Shown here piece by piece: positions 8,013 to 16,899 of a DNA stretch of 27,879 nucleotides. Position 1 is the stretch's first letter. The number at the start of each line of letters is the position of its first letter. The DNA is taken from IMG/VR virus record IMGVR_UViG_2648501730_000022, positions 1 to 27,879 of that record; one strand, given 5' to 3'. Both the position numbers and the translations under genes were made by a program. The notes under the pieces were generated by a model. The model searched no databases and had not been told where the DNA came from. It saw only the letters and a list, made by a program, of their open reading frames with translations. Source of the DNA: a virus (Duplodnaviria > Heunggongvirae > Uroviricota > Caudoviricetes).

Positions 8013-11000
8013 TTATTTAGTTGCTTTCAGTTCGGCAATTTCTTTCTGTAATGCTTCGATCTGGGCTTTATATTTGGCGTCCATTTCCTGCATAGCTTTG
8101 ATGATTAAAGCATTGACAGCAGAGTTAGAAATAGTCTTGATTGCTTCTGGATTTTCTGGATCTTCGGTGGATTGAATACCTACTGCTTCCGGCAATACTT
8201 CTTCCAGATCCTGAGCAATAATACCTACTTCGCGTTTAATCACACTACGGTCTTTAAGAGATTTAACTTTATCGTAGGTGTAGACTTTCAGTGAGTTTAC
8301 TTTCTCTAATGCGCCGTCCTGTAATTCTTCCTTGTTAATCTTCAAACGGGAGTCAGAGCGAATGTAAACATCGTTAAACGAACCGTTACGACCTGCGGTA
8401 AAGTCACCAGCAGCGTTAAAGTCAAAGTTAGTATCATGAACATGGAGACGAACAAGAGCGTTACCGATAGTACCGTCAGGAACGTGCACACCCATTGCTG
8501 CAATGTGATATTTACCCCAATGCGTCGCTTTCCATACGTTATGTGCCGAGTTGGTGGATTGAGGACACCCAACCATAAGACCAGCAGCACGGTCACGCCA
8601 GCTAGCCCAACTACCGCCAGCAACTTCACCACGAATCAGGCCATTACCGCCACCGGTTACAGTACCAGATTCCAACTGGATCATCTTATCCGCAAGTTTC
8701 CACGTCTGGGCTTGTTTCTGACCACGGAAGCGAATAACACCAGCATCATCGGAATACATCAAACCTAGTTCTAAGCCATTCGGATCTCTAAACCACAAAT
8801 GCTTATTACCAGTGCGCTTAAATTCAATATCAGCACCGTTAAGCGTGATATTACCGCCAGTGTGAATTGCTTGAGGCTTAACAGTACCGTTGATGGCAAA
8901 CTCAATTGCCGTAGTACCCGGACCGCCCGGACGTTGGGTATACCAATGCCAACCGCTTTCATCAGCACATTCAAATACTTGTTTACGAGCATCAGCGCCC
9001 CATGCACGAATATTGAAACTAGAAGTAGCTGTACCCTTACCCCAGCGAATCAGACCAGCAGATTCCAAATCACCGAAGAATTTAGTTTTAATCGCACCAG
9101 TTGCTAAAGTACGTTCAGTGGTGAAGTGAGCACCTTTACTATCTTCAAGCTGTATAACGTTATCACGAGCGTTATTGCTATCGCCCCAATGACTCAAACG
9201 GAAATAGTCGCGGGATTGTCCAGCACCAGCATCAAATGTTAAATATTGGCCTTTAATGTATGTGTTTCCAGCAAAACGAGCAGCACGACTTGCACGTTCT
9301 AAGACTAATGCACCTTCGTTACCATCACCACCCAAAGTAACATTACCGCTACCCAGATTGTAAATGAATGGACGATAGCCGTTCCAACCACCAAATTTAT
9401 CATTTTCGGCAGTAGACAGAAGATATACGTTTTGACCATCATTACGCCAGAATGCACCATAGTTACCGTAAATCATACGGAATGCATCACTGTTAGCAGC
9501 TACATATTGACCATTGGTGTATACAATTTTGGTAGCACCTGTGCTTAAAGATACTTGACCACTTGCTTCTAATTTAACAAAGTTTTTACCTTCGTCACTA
9601 TACCATTGAAAATCGTTAGTATCTGTAGAACCAAAACCAAACCAGCCTTGACGTTTATTAGCCCCGTCTCGCTGATCCATATATTCAAAATAGTTACTAC
9701 GACCAGTAGGACGCCACATACGAATCGCGTTATTGCCTTGCAGATGAAGTCTATCGACAAATAAACCATCACTACCAACAATTTTTAATACTTCTTTTTG
9801 GTCGGTGGAACCAGTAGCCAAACGATACACATCACCTTGAACAGTTTCATGCCATATTGTTTCCGCCGCACGACTGCGGAATTTACGCATATATTTTTTA
9901 TTGTTGTCTGGTACGTTATTAAGGCTCACAATATCATAGGTTGCTTGTGAGTTATTATCAAACATCAACGTTCCGGCTTTGTTTTCGGTGTTGAACATCG
10001 TAATAACACGAGCATCGGTAACACCAACAGAAGGTTTAACGAGAGTTAATTCAGGAACATCATGTACTGTCAGAGTAACGCCATCAGTTTTACCGTATTC
10101 GACAATAACGTTATCGGTGTAACGACCGTAGTTAACGTAGATATCGTAGTTATCACCGGAAGTATTAACCGCAAATACTTGATGAACGTTCAGAGCATTT
10201 CGACGATAAGCAGCAATACTAACGCCTTTCGGGTTATTGTTACCGGAACGGATGACAATTTCTACAAAGTCAACCTGATCATAAGAGTTAACGTTATAAC
10301 CATTACCACCGAAGATACGAAGCATTACCATTCGACCATTCTGTGGGATCGTAGCGGTTGCGATCTTGAAGTATCCACGAGTAGCATCACCAGAAGGAAC
10401 GGTCATTCTAACGTTCTTGATGAACATCTGATCAACTTCGGCTTTACTATACACACCCAATTCAGTCGGAGTCGGCTTATCACCTTCGTGATACATGCGG
10501 TAGCTGAATCGCTTATTACCATCTTTATCAAAGCCATAGGTTTTAACTTGAGATGAGCTAGACCCATAGTGGAACTCAAAACCGCGACCGTGTGCTTTAC
10601 CGCCAGAATGAGGAATGTTAAGGATTAAGTTACCCCAACCTTCGGCATTGTTTGGACGGAATGCACCAAAATAATCAAGGTTACGAGCACCAGCATCATC
10701 AAAATAGTTAGCTGTTTTGGTTAACAGATAGCCGTGATGGTAAGTGTTGGTATTCTTCTTGATGTAAGCAGCATCGGCACTACCTTCAATAGAATCAATT
10801 CGCTGGTTAGCTGCGGCAATTGCGGCATCAGTAGAAGATTTATTCTGGTCTACCTTGTTGTTAATTGCTGTATGGTTGCTATTAACTGTCCCCGTAAGAT
10901 TGGTGATCTTCGTGTCGGCATCGCGTTTATTATTTGCTACGGTCGTTTCTATGGCTGATTTATTTGCTGAGACAGTATTCGTTAAGTTAGTAACGTTGGT

Positions 11001-11513
11001 ATTAGTCTGATCAACTCGTGCATTAATATCTGTCTTGTTCTTGTTAATTGTTGCGTTGATAGTATCGCGGGTTGAAGTAATAGTCTGATTCAGTTCAGTC
11101 TTAGCAGCCGCCAGAGCGTTAGCCGCTTCGGTTTTATTGTTACCTACTGTGGTAGTCAAAGCATCAATTCGTTTGTTGGCTGCGGTGTCGCCAGCAGTGA
11201 TTGAAGCATTGAGAGCATCACGGGTAGAAGTGATAGTCTGATTCAGTTCAGCTTTAGCACTAGCCAGATTATTAGCGGCTTCTTGTTTGTTGGAAGCAAT
11301 AACACGGTCAGTGCTAGTTTTGTTATTGTCTACTTTCGTATTCAGTTCAGCGTGTTTTTCTGGAGAAACACTAATTTGGACTACGTTATTATTTTTGTCT
11401 TTGGTGTAAATCACATGATCCGCCAACTGTAAGGCGATTTCACCCTGTGATAATTGTTCCGGCGTTGGTTTTTTACCCGCCGTCTGTGTGCGTTTAAATT
11501 GGATTGATTGCAT
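8013..11513 (-). CDS. Long side tail fibre (1166 aa) with C-terminal intramolecular chaperone / peptidase S74-like domain
   Basis: ATG at 11511-11513 with GAGGTGA Shine-Dalgarno. Internal ~52-aa repeats near the N-terminus; a central motif (DESGWHWYTQR) recalled as P2 gpH / lambda Stf-like; C-terminal ~110 aa (SDSRLKINKEEL...VGIIAQDLEEVLPEAV...) matches the self-cleaving chaperone of T5 pb1 and K1F endosialidase. Confidence 0.75.
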   Translation of the reverse strand: MQSIQFKRTQTAGKKPTPEQLSQGEIALQLADHVIYTKDKNNNVVQISVSPEKHAELNTKVDNNKTSTDRVIASNKQEAANNLASAKAELNQTITSTRDALNASITAGDTAANKRIDALTTTVGNNKTEAANALAAAKTELNQTITSTRDTINATINKNKTDINARVDQTNTNVTNLTNTVSANKSAIETTVANNKRDADTKITNLTGTVNSNHTAINNKVDQNKSSTDAAIAAANQRIDSIEGSADAAYIKKNTNTYHHGYLLTKTANYFDDAGARNLDYFGAFRPNNAEGWGNLILNIPHSGGKAHGRGFEFHYGSSSSQVKTYGFDKDGNKRFSYRMYHEGDKPTPTELGVYSKAEVDQMFIKNVRMTVPSGDATRGYFKIATATIPQNGRMVMLRIFGGNGYNVNSYDQVDFVEIVIRSGNNNPKGVSIAAYRRNALNVHQVFAVNTSGDNYDIYVNYGRYTDNVIVEYGKTDGVTLTVHDVPELTLVKPSVGVTDARVITMFNTENKAGTLMFDNNSQATYDIVSLNNVPDNNKKYMRKFRSRAAETIWHETVQGDVYRLATGSTDQKEVLKIVGSDGLFVDRLHLQGNNAIRMWRPTGRSNYFEYMDQRDGANKRQGWFGFGSTDTNDFQWYSDEGKNFVKLEASGQVSLSTGATKIVYTNGQYVAANSDAFRMIYGNYGAFWRNDGQNVYLLSTAENDKFGGWNGYRPFIYNLGSGNVTLGGDGNEGALVLERASRAARFAGNTYIKGQYLTFDAGAGQSRDYFRLSHWGDSNNARDNVIQLEDSKGAHFTTERTLATGAIKTKFFGDLESAGLIRWGKGTATSSFNIRAWGADARKQVFECADESGWHWYTQRPGGPGTTAIEFAINGTVKPQAIHTGGNITLNGADIEFKRTGNKHLWFRDPNGLELGLMYSDDAGVIRFRGQKQAQTWKLADKMIQLESGTVTGGGNGLIRGEVAGGSWASWRDRAAGLMVGCPQSTNSAHNVWKATHWGKYHIAAMGVHVPDGTIGNALVRLHVHDTNFDFNAAGDFTAGRNGSFNDVYIRSDSRLKINKEELQDGALEKVNSLKVYTYDKVKSLKDRSVIKREVGIIAQDLEEVLPEAVGIQSTEDPENPEAIKTISNSAVNALIIKAMQEMDAKYKAQIEALQKEIAELKATK
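11051..11300 (-). repeat. Tandem in-frame ~156-nt repeats inside the fibre gene
   Basis: Two near-identical blocks (...AGTCTGATTCAGTTCAG...) encoding repeats of the form A.AK.ELNQTITSTRD.INA.I; further diverged copies upstream. Confidence 0.6.
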
Positions 11514-11544
11514 CTAGAATCACCTCACTATAAAACAGGAATAA

Positions 11545-11562
11545 GGGAGGCGTTAACCTCCC
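11545..11562 (-). terminator. Hairpin GGGAGG-CGTTAA-CCTCCC between the 277-aa gene and the fibre gene (attenuator-like)
   Basis: 6-bp GC stem followed by a U-rich tract on the minus strand, upstream of the fibre Shine-Dalgarno. Confidence 0.4.
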
Positions 11563-11594
11563 AACGTTCATGTTTTATTTAGGTAGGAGAATCC

Positions 11595-12428
11595 TTAGTA
11601 TTCGCCGAAATCGATCCGGTCAGTCTTAGCCACTGCGCCAATTTCGCTAGGTGTCGGTTTCTCATTGGTGGAATATACCTTGATCCATTCAGAACGACCG
11701 TTTTCCTGAATATTTCGGACACGTAAACGCGGTGCGCCAGAAGTATTACAGGTTAATTGCCATGCGCCATGCTCATTAGCTTGAAGGTGAATTAATGCTG
11801 TGTCGGTTGAATATGGATTACCGCTAGCAGTTCCCTTGTAAGTTACGAAACGGTTTCCGGCTAATGCCTCGCTGTCAATCGGACCCGTGAATGGATTTAC
11901 ACCAGCACCCAAACCAAAATCACCCTGACGTAAGATCCGGCCTTCGGTAGCAATACCCCTTGCCAAAATCCCGCCATCTGGTTCAAGTTTAAATTCCAGT
12001 GTTACAGCTTTGTTATCACTACCACGGGTTTTATGTGATGTGACGTAAGCATCGAATATACAAAAGTACCCTGTGTTAGCAGCACTATAGCCAGAGTTCA
12101 CAACATAGAACATACGGAAGCGTAAAGGTGTTTTATCCTCTACCGCTTTCATCAACATTGCTTGATGTTCATCGTCAAGAACACGGTTTAATGTGAGTGT
12201 TGTCGGTTCCAGTCTACGATAACCAGCAAGTTTCCCCGTAGCGTCCTGATCGTACTCTTCCAGAGTTTCTATCTCTGTGGATTCGGTTAGCGTAGGGAAT
12301 GCTGCGATGTTCTCCATAGAACTAAAGCTAGGATCGAAAAAGTCGACCTGATTGTCTATCTGGTTAGAGATCGACACTTCAACATGTGATCCAGTGAAAA
12401 TATCTAAGTTATCTTGTGTAATATTCAT
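11595..12428 (-). CDS. Tail-tube-like paralog with extra ~115-aa C-terminal domain (277 aa)
   Basis: N-terminal ~160 aa homologous to the 157-aa tail tube protein; unique C-terminal domain. Confidence 0.45.
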   Translation of the reverse strand: MNITQDNLDIFTGSHVEVSISNQIDNQVDFFDPSFSSMENIAAFPTLTESTEIETLEEYDQDATGKLAGYRRLEPTTLTLNRVLDDEHQAMLMKAVEDKTPLRFRMFYVVNSGYSAANTGYFCIFDAYVTSHKTRGSDNKAVTLEFKLEPDGGILARGIATEGRILRQGDFGLGAGVNPFTGPIDSEALAGNRFVTYKGTASGNPYSTDTALIHLQANEHGAWQLTCNTSGAPRLRVRNIQENGRSEWIKVYSTNEKPTPSEIGAVAKTDRIDFGEY

Positions 12429-12437
12429 TATTACCCC

Positions 12438-12860
12438 TTAAAAACGCGCTAGATAAGAAAATTTAAGGCTAAGTGTCCCAACGATACCCCCATCACTAGA
12501 ATCATCGTCATAATCGGTATTAGAAGCTACTGGAGTGATATCTGAAATAGAGAAGCCCAAATCTTTAAATCGTGGGTTATCCGGCTGAATCTGGATTATC
12601 TGGCAAATACCCTCATGGATTTTTGTTTCATGAATCTGAGAATATAATTGCATTTCGATAACGCATTCAGCTTGCATTGCATTACCACCACGAACACGCG
12701 TATAAGTTTCATTCATGCCAGTAATCCAACAAACCACGTCATCACTAAAGCCTTGCTGAGTTTGTTCTACGTTTAAAGCCAGACCTAAATCTTGTTCGAT
12801 AATATCTTGCAAGGCGCGTTTGATTTTCAGTCTCGGCATATTATTAACGGTAGCGAGCAT
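12438..12860 (-). CDS. Head-tail connector / tail completion protein (140 aa)
   Basis: Assigned by position between capsid and tail genes; overlaps the upstream gene by 17 nt. Confidence 0.3.
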   Translation of the reverse strand: MLATVNNMPRLKIKRALQDIIEQDLGLALNVEQTQQGFSDDVVCWITGMNETYTRVRGGNAMQAECVIEMQLYSQIHETKIHEGICQIIQIQPDNPRFKDLGFSISDITPVASNTDYDDDSSDGGIVGTLSLKFSYLARF

Positions 12861-13134
12861 GTGTACCCCCTGCTAAAGTGATAAAGCAATCACAAGTATT
12901 GTCACCATTGCGCTTAACGTATTGAACTTTGAAACGCTGGTTTTCTACTGTGACAATATCACCTTGCTTTAAGTCTCCCTCACGACAGAATAGAAATTCG
13001 GTTTCTGTCATTACACCTGATTCGTCGGTAGTAGTAATTTCATGGTAAGCACGAATTGATTTACCACCTTCCACCGAAAATACAGGAGCACTTTTAAACA
13101 TTCGATTTAATTGTGATTCTGATAATTTGAACAT
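12844..13134 (-). CDS. Head-tail adaptor / head completion protein (96 aa)
   Basis: Small ORF immediately after the capsid terminator; assigned by synteny. Confidence 0.3.
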   Translation of the reverse strand: MFKLSESQLNRMFKSAPVFSVEGGKSIRAYHEITTTDESGVMTETEFLFCREGDLKQGDIVTVENQRFKVQYVKRNGDNTCDCFITLAGGTHARYR

Positions 13135-13164
13135 AGTTACCCCCTTTATGGAGTATTTACATAC

Positions 13165-13190
13165 AAAAAAGCCCCACCGTTAGGCAGGGC
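13165..13190 (-). terminator. Rho-independent terminator after the capsid gene
   Basis: Minus-strand RNA GCCCUGCC-UAAC-GGUGGGGC followed by U6 (plus-strand A-run 13165-13170). Confidence 0.7.
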
Positions 13191-13196
13191 TAATTA

Positions 13197-13325
13197 TTAT
13201 TCTTTAGTTTTACGTTGTTTTTTAACTGTGGCTTTCGCCGTAACCGTCTGAGATTCTTCTTCCTGAGATGGAATCAGATTTTCTTCCCCCAAATCGGGGG
13301 AAGGTTCAGATGGTTCTACGTTAGT
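13197..13325 (-). other. In-frame post-TGA extension of the capsid gene (42 sense codons + TAATAA)
   Basis: Reading on past TGA at 13326-13328 gives TNVEPSEPSPDLGEENLIPSQEEESQTVTAKATVKKQRKTKE then TAA TAA (13194-13199). Confidence 0.5.
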
Positions 13326-15332
13326 TCATTCAGCGGAGATGTGAAGAACTTTCAGAGCTTCCGGCTGAACTACGGTGAAGTCCAGGTCTACCCAGATACG
13401 CGGAACGATAGCAGACTGTGCGCGGTAAGTGGTGTCGTCCATATCCAGTTCCAGACCACCCCATTCACCGATCATGATACCGGAGAAGTCACCCAGAACG
13501 ATGTGGTCTGCCGGAATAACGCCAGAAGTAACTACATCGTAACCAGCCAGTTTGCCGTTTTCGATGATATAACCGGAAACGCCGTTATCTTTCAGGGTAG
13601 ATTCCAGTTCAGCAGCAGTTGCACCGCTCATTGCAAACTTGATGGACTGTGCCGGAACGCCAGCGTCGGTCAGTGCTGCAATTTCTTTCAGGAAGTCTTT
13701 GTAGCTAAAAGCGGCTTTCTTAGTAACGCGACCACCGTCTACCAGTTGCTTAACCAGACCTTTCGGACCGCGCTCGTTGTCTTTGTCAGACAGAATCAGT
13801 TGTTCCAGTTTGATCCGAACAGATTTGTTAATGTGATCAGTGATCAGGGTAGCAATATTCGGAACAGTTTTCAGAGACTGACGGCTGATCGGGTTGCCAC
13901 CAGCAAAAGTTTTCGGAGCCATTTTCACGTTTTCAAAGCTAGCCTTCGATTCGGGGGCACTTCCATTTTCATCAACAAAACCAAAGGCTTCGACGCTGGA
14001 AGCAGTCATTTTTGGTACTGCAATCGGGCTATTCAGACCAGACAGAACAGTCACACCCAGACGACCCAGAACAGACTGTGGAAGCAGCATTTCTACATAG
14101 GATTCGGTCAGCAGTTTTTCGTCGGTTACAGCGGTCAGAGTAGCTTTGGTGTTACCTTCGGAAGCAGCACGCAGAGCAGCAGCCGGAACGAATACAGAGC
14201 CACCGCGAGCAGCACGACCACGCTGCATTGCAGCACCAGCAGCCATAGCGGAATATTCAGCTTCGTTAGCGCCGAGCACGTCGCCATCTACCAGGGAGCG
14301 GATTACGTTATTAAGATCGAAAGTTTTTTCCATGATTTGTTCCTTATTAATTTGTTCGTTATTACGTTGAGCATTGGTAATGTTATTTAGTGCCTTAGTG
14401 CGGAATGCTTCCGGCGTCATATCTTTAACTGCCAATGCGCGTTCTAATTCTTCGTCGTTAATATTTAACTCACGAGCGATTGCTCGGATTTCTTCTTCGT
14501 CTTCTTCGGAACGTTCAGCCACTTCTTCGATTTTTTCTTCTTCAACCGGAGCGGCTTCACGTTCTTCTTTTACTTCTTCTGTTTCCCGAACAGTTGAACT
14601 ATCATCATCAACACTTTCAGGATGTTTAGCGTCTTTTCCGTCTTCGAGATTTTCATCTTCTTTATTCTCTTCAACTTGGCGCTCTTGAGTTTCTTCTACT
14701 TCCGGTTCTTTATTTTCTTCTACCGGAGTTTCTTCAACCTGAGCGGGTTCTTGTTCTTCTTTGATTTCTTCGATTTGTTCTTTAGTCATATCGCGTTTAG
14801 CCTCCAAATTAACTGTGATAGTATTTAGAGAGCGATTCAGACCCACGGTGTCGTCTGCGGGAACAGACACCCATGAAACCTCGTGAGGAATCCATTTAGT
14901 AACAATCAATTGTCCTTTGGTGTAGTCGATGTGATATTCTTTAATGTCATAACCGACAGAAATTTTTTCCATCGTACCTTCAATGACTTTATTACGAATA
15001 TCATTAGCCAAAGTGCCATGCTTAGAGAATTTAACCAGAGCACGACCTACGTTATCCGCATCGATTCGAGCGTTACAAACGACACCAATATGATTATCGA
15101 AATTATGATTGAACAGCAACGGAGCGTTATTATTCAGACGAGACAGATCAACCGCTTCCGGTGTATGTACCAGAATTTCATCTAATACCACCATTTCTTG
15201 ATTTTGCTCATCCCAGAATTGGCGCTGATAAGGCTGTTCACTGGAGAAAGCAATTTCAAATTCGTATTGATCATTCTGCCCTTCGTTAATAACTCCACCG
15301 TAACCGTTAAGATCGCGGCGAAATTTAAGCAT
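13326..15332 (-). CDS. Fused prohead protease (HK97/S78-like) / scaffold-like acidic coiled coil / major capsid protein (668 aa)
   Basis: N-terminal ~170 aa carry a His (HNFDNHIG) and the ExSxVxxPA signature (HEVSWVSVPADD) typical of HK97-family prohead proteases; residues ~180-300 are Glu/Lys-rich and helical; the C-terminal ~350 aa look like an HK97-fold capsid domain. Confidence 0.7.
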   Translation of the reverse strand: MLKFRRDLNGYGGVINEGQNDQYEFEIAFSSEQPYQRQFWDEQNQEMVVLDEILVHTPEAVDLSRLNNNAPLLFNHNFDNHIGVVCNARIDADNVGRALVKFSKHGTLANDIRNKVIEGTMEKISVGYDIKEYHIDYTKGQLIVTKWIPHEVSWVSVPADDTVGLNRSLNTITVNLEAKRDMTKEQIEEIKEEQEPAQVEETPVEENKEPEVEETQERQVEENKEDENLEDGKDAKHPESVDDDSSTVRETEEVKEEREAAPVEEEKIEEVAERSEEDEEEIRAIARELNINDEELERALAVKDMTPEAFRTKALNNITNAQRNNEQINKEQIMEKTFDLNNVIRSLVDGDVLGANEAEYSAMAAGAAMQRGRAARGGSVFVPAAALRAASEGNTKATLTAVTDEKLLTESYVEMLLPQSVLGRLGVTVLSGLNSPIAVPKMTASSVEAFGFVDENGSAPESKASFENVKMAPKTFAGGNPISRQSLKTVPNIATLITDHINKSVRIKLEQLILSDKDNERGPKGLVKQLVDGGRVTKKAAFSYKDFLKEIAALTDAGVPAQSIKFAMSGATAAELESTLKDNGVSGYIIENGKLAGYDVVTSGVIPADHIVLGDFSGIMIGEWGGLELDMDDTTYRAQSAIVPRIWVDLDFTVVQPEALKVLHISAE

Positions 15333-15352
15333 TTAATCACCTTTAATTAATT

Positions 15353-15369
15353 GGGGGCATTGCGCCCCC
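15353..15369 (-). other. Hairpin GGGGGC-ATTGC-GCCCCC between portal and capsid genes
   Basis: 6-bp G/C stem in the 45-nt intergenic gap. Confidence 0.45.
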
Positions 15370-15377
15370 GTTGGTTA

Positions 15378-16889
15378 TTAGGGATCGGTTTGAGAAGGGT
15401 TATCCTTGCTCTCACCATCAACGATAATATTTAGTGCGCTCTTTTCGGCTTGAATCTCTGAGAATACTTTTTCAGGATCATCACCACGTTCTAATATAAC
15501 GGCAGTACGTGATTTAAGTCCGTTATCAATTAAAGCAATCTCGGCGCTTACGTCTTTAAATGGATCGACGGATTCAAAACGAGGACGAATAATAGTAGTG
15601 TTCTCGATAATATGCGGAATTGCAGTAATACGAATCGGAACAATACCACGCGCAGAATAATGGCGTAGATATGCTTCAAAAATTGGCAATACCACTGTTT
15701 CAATCAATTTGTTTTGCAGTGCTTTAACGCGCGTTCTTTGAAGTAATTCGCCGTAGCGTGCGGCGCTGTAATTTATTTGGCTAGTATCGCCAGTTAAGCC
15801 CTGATTGAACACGCCAAGACCCATCGCTATACTCGTGAACATTCCATCATTGAAGCTGTTAAAGTCATCGCCGCTTTGCGTGGATTGAATACTCTTGATC
15901 GTTGCCCCTTCCGGTAATTCCTGAATAGTACCTGGCGCGAAATCGTGAATAACTTCCGGCGCTTGATATTGTTCATCATCTTCACCAGTATCAAAATCGT
16001 CACCAGAATCTTTCGGACGCTCGATGAACGCCATGCTACAACTTGAAATTCGTTTATGTACCAGTACAGCTTCGCGGAATGCGTCTTGATGTGCGATATC
16101 CTTAATCACTGGCAGGAAGTCAGTCACACCACGCAGAGATTCAGCCGCAAGTGGTTGATAATAATGACATACTTGCGAAGCATCTACGCGATAGTTATCA
16201 CCTGTGTAAGTCTGAGTCAGTAGGTTGATTTTACGAAACCAAAATGCAACAGGGCGCATTGTTTCTACGTCATACTCGATCCCCTGATAGATAGCGCGTT
16301 CTTTGCTTACTTCACGGTTGAGCGTCCAGTCGCACTTATCAGCAGACAGGATAGAAACATTTAACTCATTGTTTTCTTTGGTTAAAACTATGAAGCACTC
16401 ACCACCCATAACGCGCTCACGTTCAGCCATTACCAGCAATTCACGGAAGTTAAAGCGACCGTTACGAGAGAAGCGTTTAGCATTCTGCGCCCACTTCCAG
16501 AAAGCATTCTCGATCTGCTTATTCAGTGCGCTATCAAGTTTTCCATTTGATTTAACAACTGACGGCTTCGGATCTAGGCCAGTACCTACCACCATATCGG
16601 TGATGTATTGCGTGTAGCGACTGCCTACGGAGGTGTTTAAGGCCAGAGTACGACCCTGATCATAAAGGCGCTTACCATTCGATTTGAGAGCCTTATTGAA
16701 GGTTCCTGTGATAGTATCTTGTTGAAGCGATCCATCAATGCGATCACCAACCAGACCTAAACTTCGAGTAGCCAGAGATTTCTGGAATTTTTCTACTTGT
16801 TTGTCGATAAAGATTTTTTGTTGTTGCTGGCGGTGATTAGTTTTAACTGGAGTTTCTACCGCCTTTTTGCGTCGAAAAAGATTAAACAT
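15378..16889 (-). CDS. Portal protein, lambda gpB-like (503 aa)
   Basis: ~500 aa protein between the gpW-like and capsid genes; GGGG Shine-Dalgarno 6 nt before the ATG; acidic C-terminal region. Confidence 0.8.
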   Translation of the reverse strand: MFNLFRRKKAVETPVKTNHRQQQQKIFIDKQVEKFQKSLATRSLGLVGDRIDGSLQQDTITGTFNKALKSNGKRLYDQGRTLALNTSVGSRYTQYITDMVVGTGLDPKPSVVKSNGKLDSALNKQIENAFWKWAQNAKRFSRNGRFNFRELLVMAERERVMGGECFIVLTKENNELNVSILSADKCDWTLNREVSKERAIYQGIEYDVETMRPVAFWFRKINLLTQTYTGDNYRVDASQVCHYYQPLAAESLRGVTDFLPVIKDIAHQDAFREAVLVHKRISSCSMAFIERPKDSGDDFDTGEDDEQYQAPEVIHDFAPGTIQELPEGATIKSIQSTQSGDDFNSFNDGMFTSIAMGLGVFNQGLTGDTSQINYSAARYGELLQRTRVKALQNKLIETVVLPIFEAYLRHYSARGIVPIRITAIPHIIENTTIIRPRFESVDPFKDVSAEIALIDNGLKSRTAVILERGDDPEKVFSEIQAEKSALNIIVDGESKDNPSQTDP

Positions 16890-16899
16890 GATTTACCCC

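Noticed and set aside
13215-14390. 391-aa plus-strand ORF
   Set aside because: Lies wholly antisense to the capsid fusion gene, has no Shine-Dalgarno or homology signal and a low-complexity translation; judged an antisense artefact.
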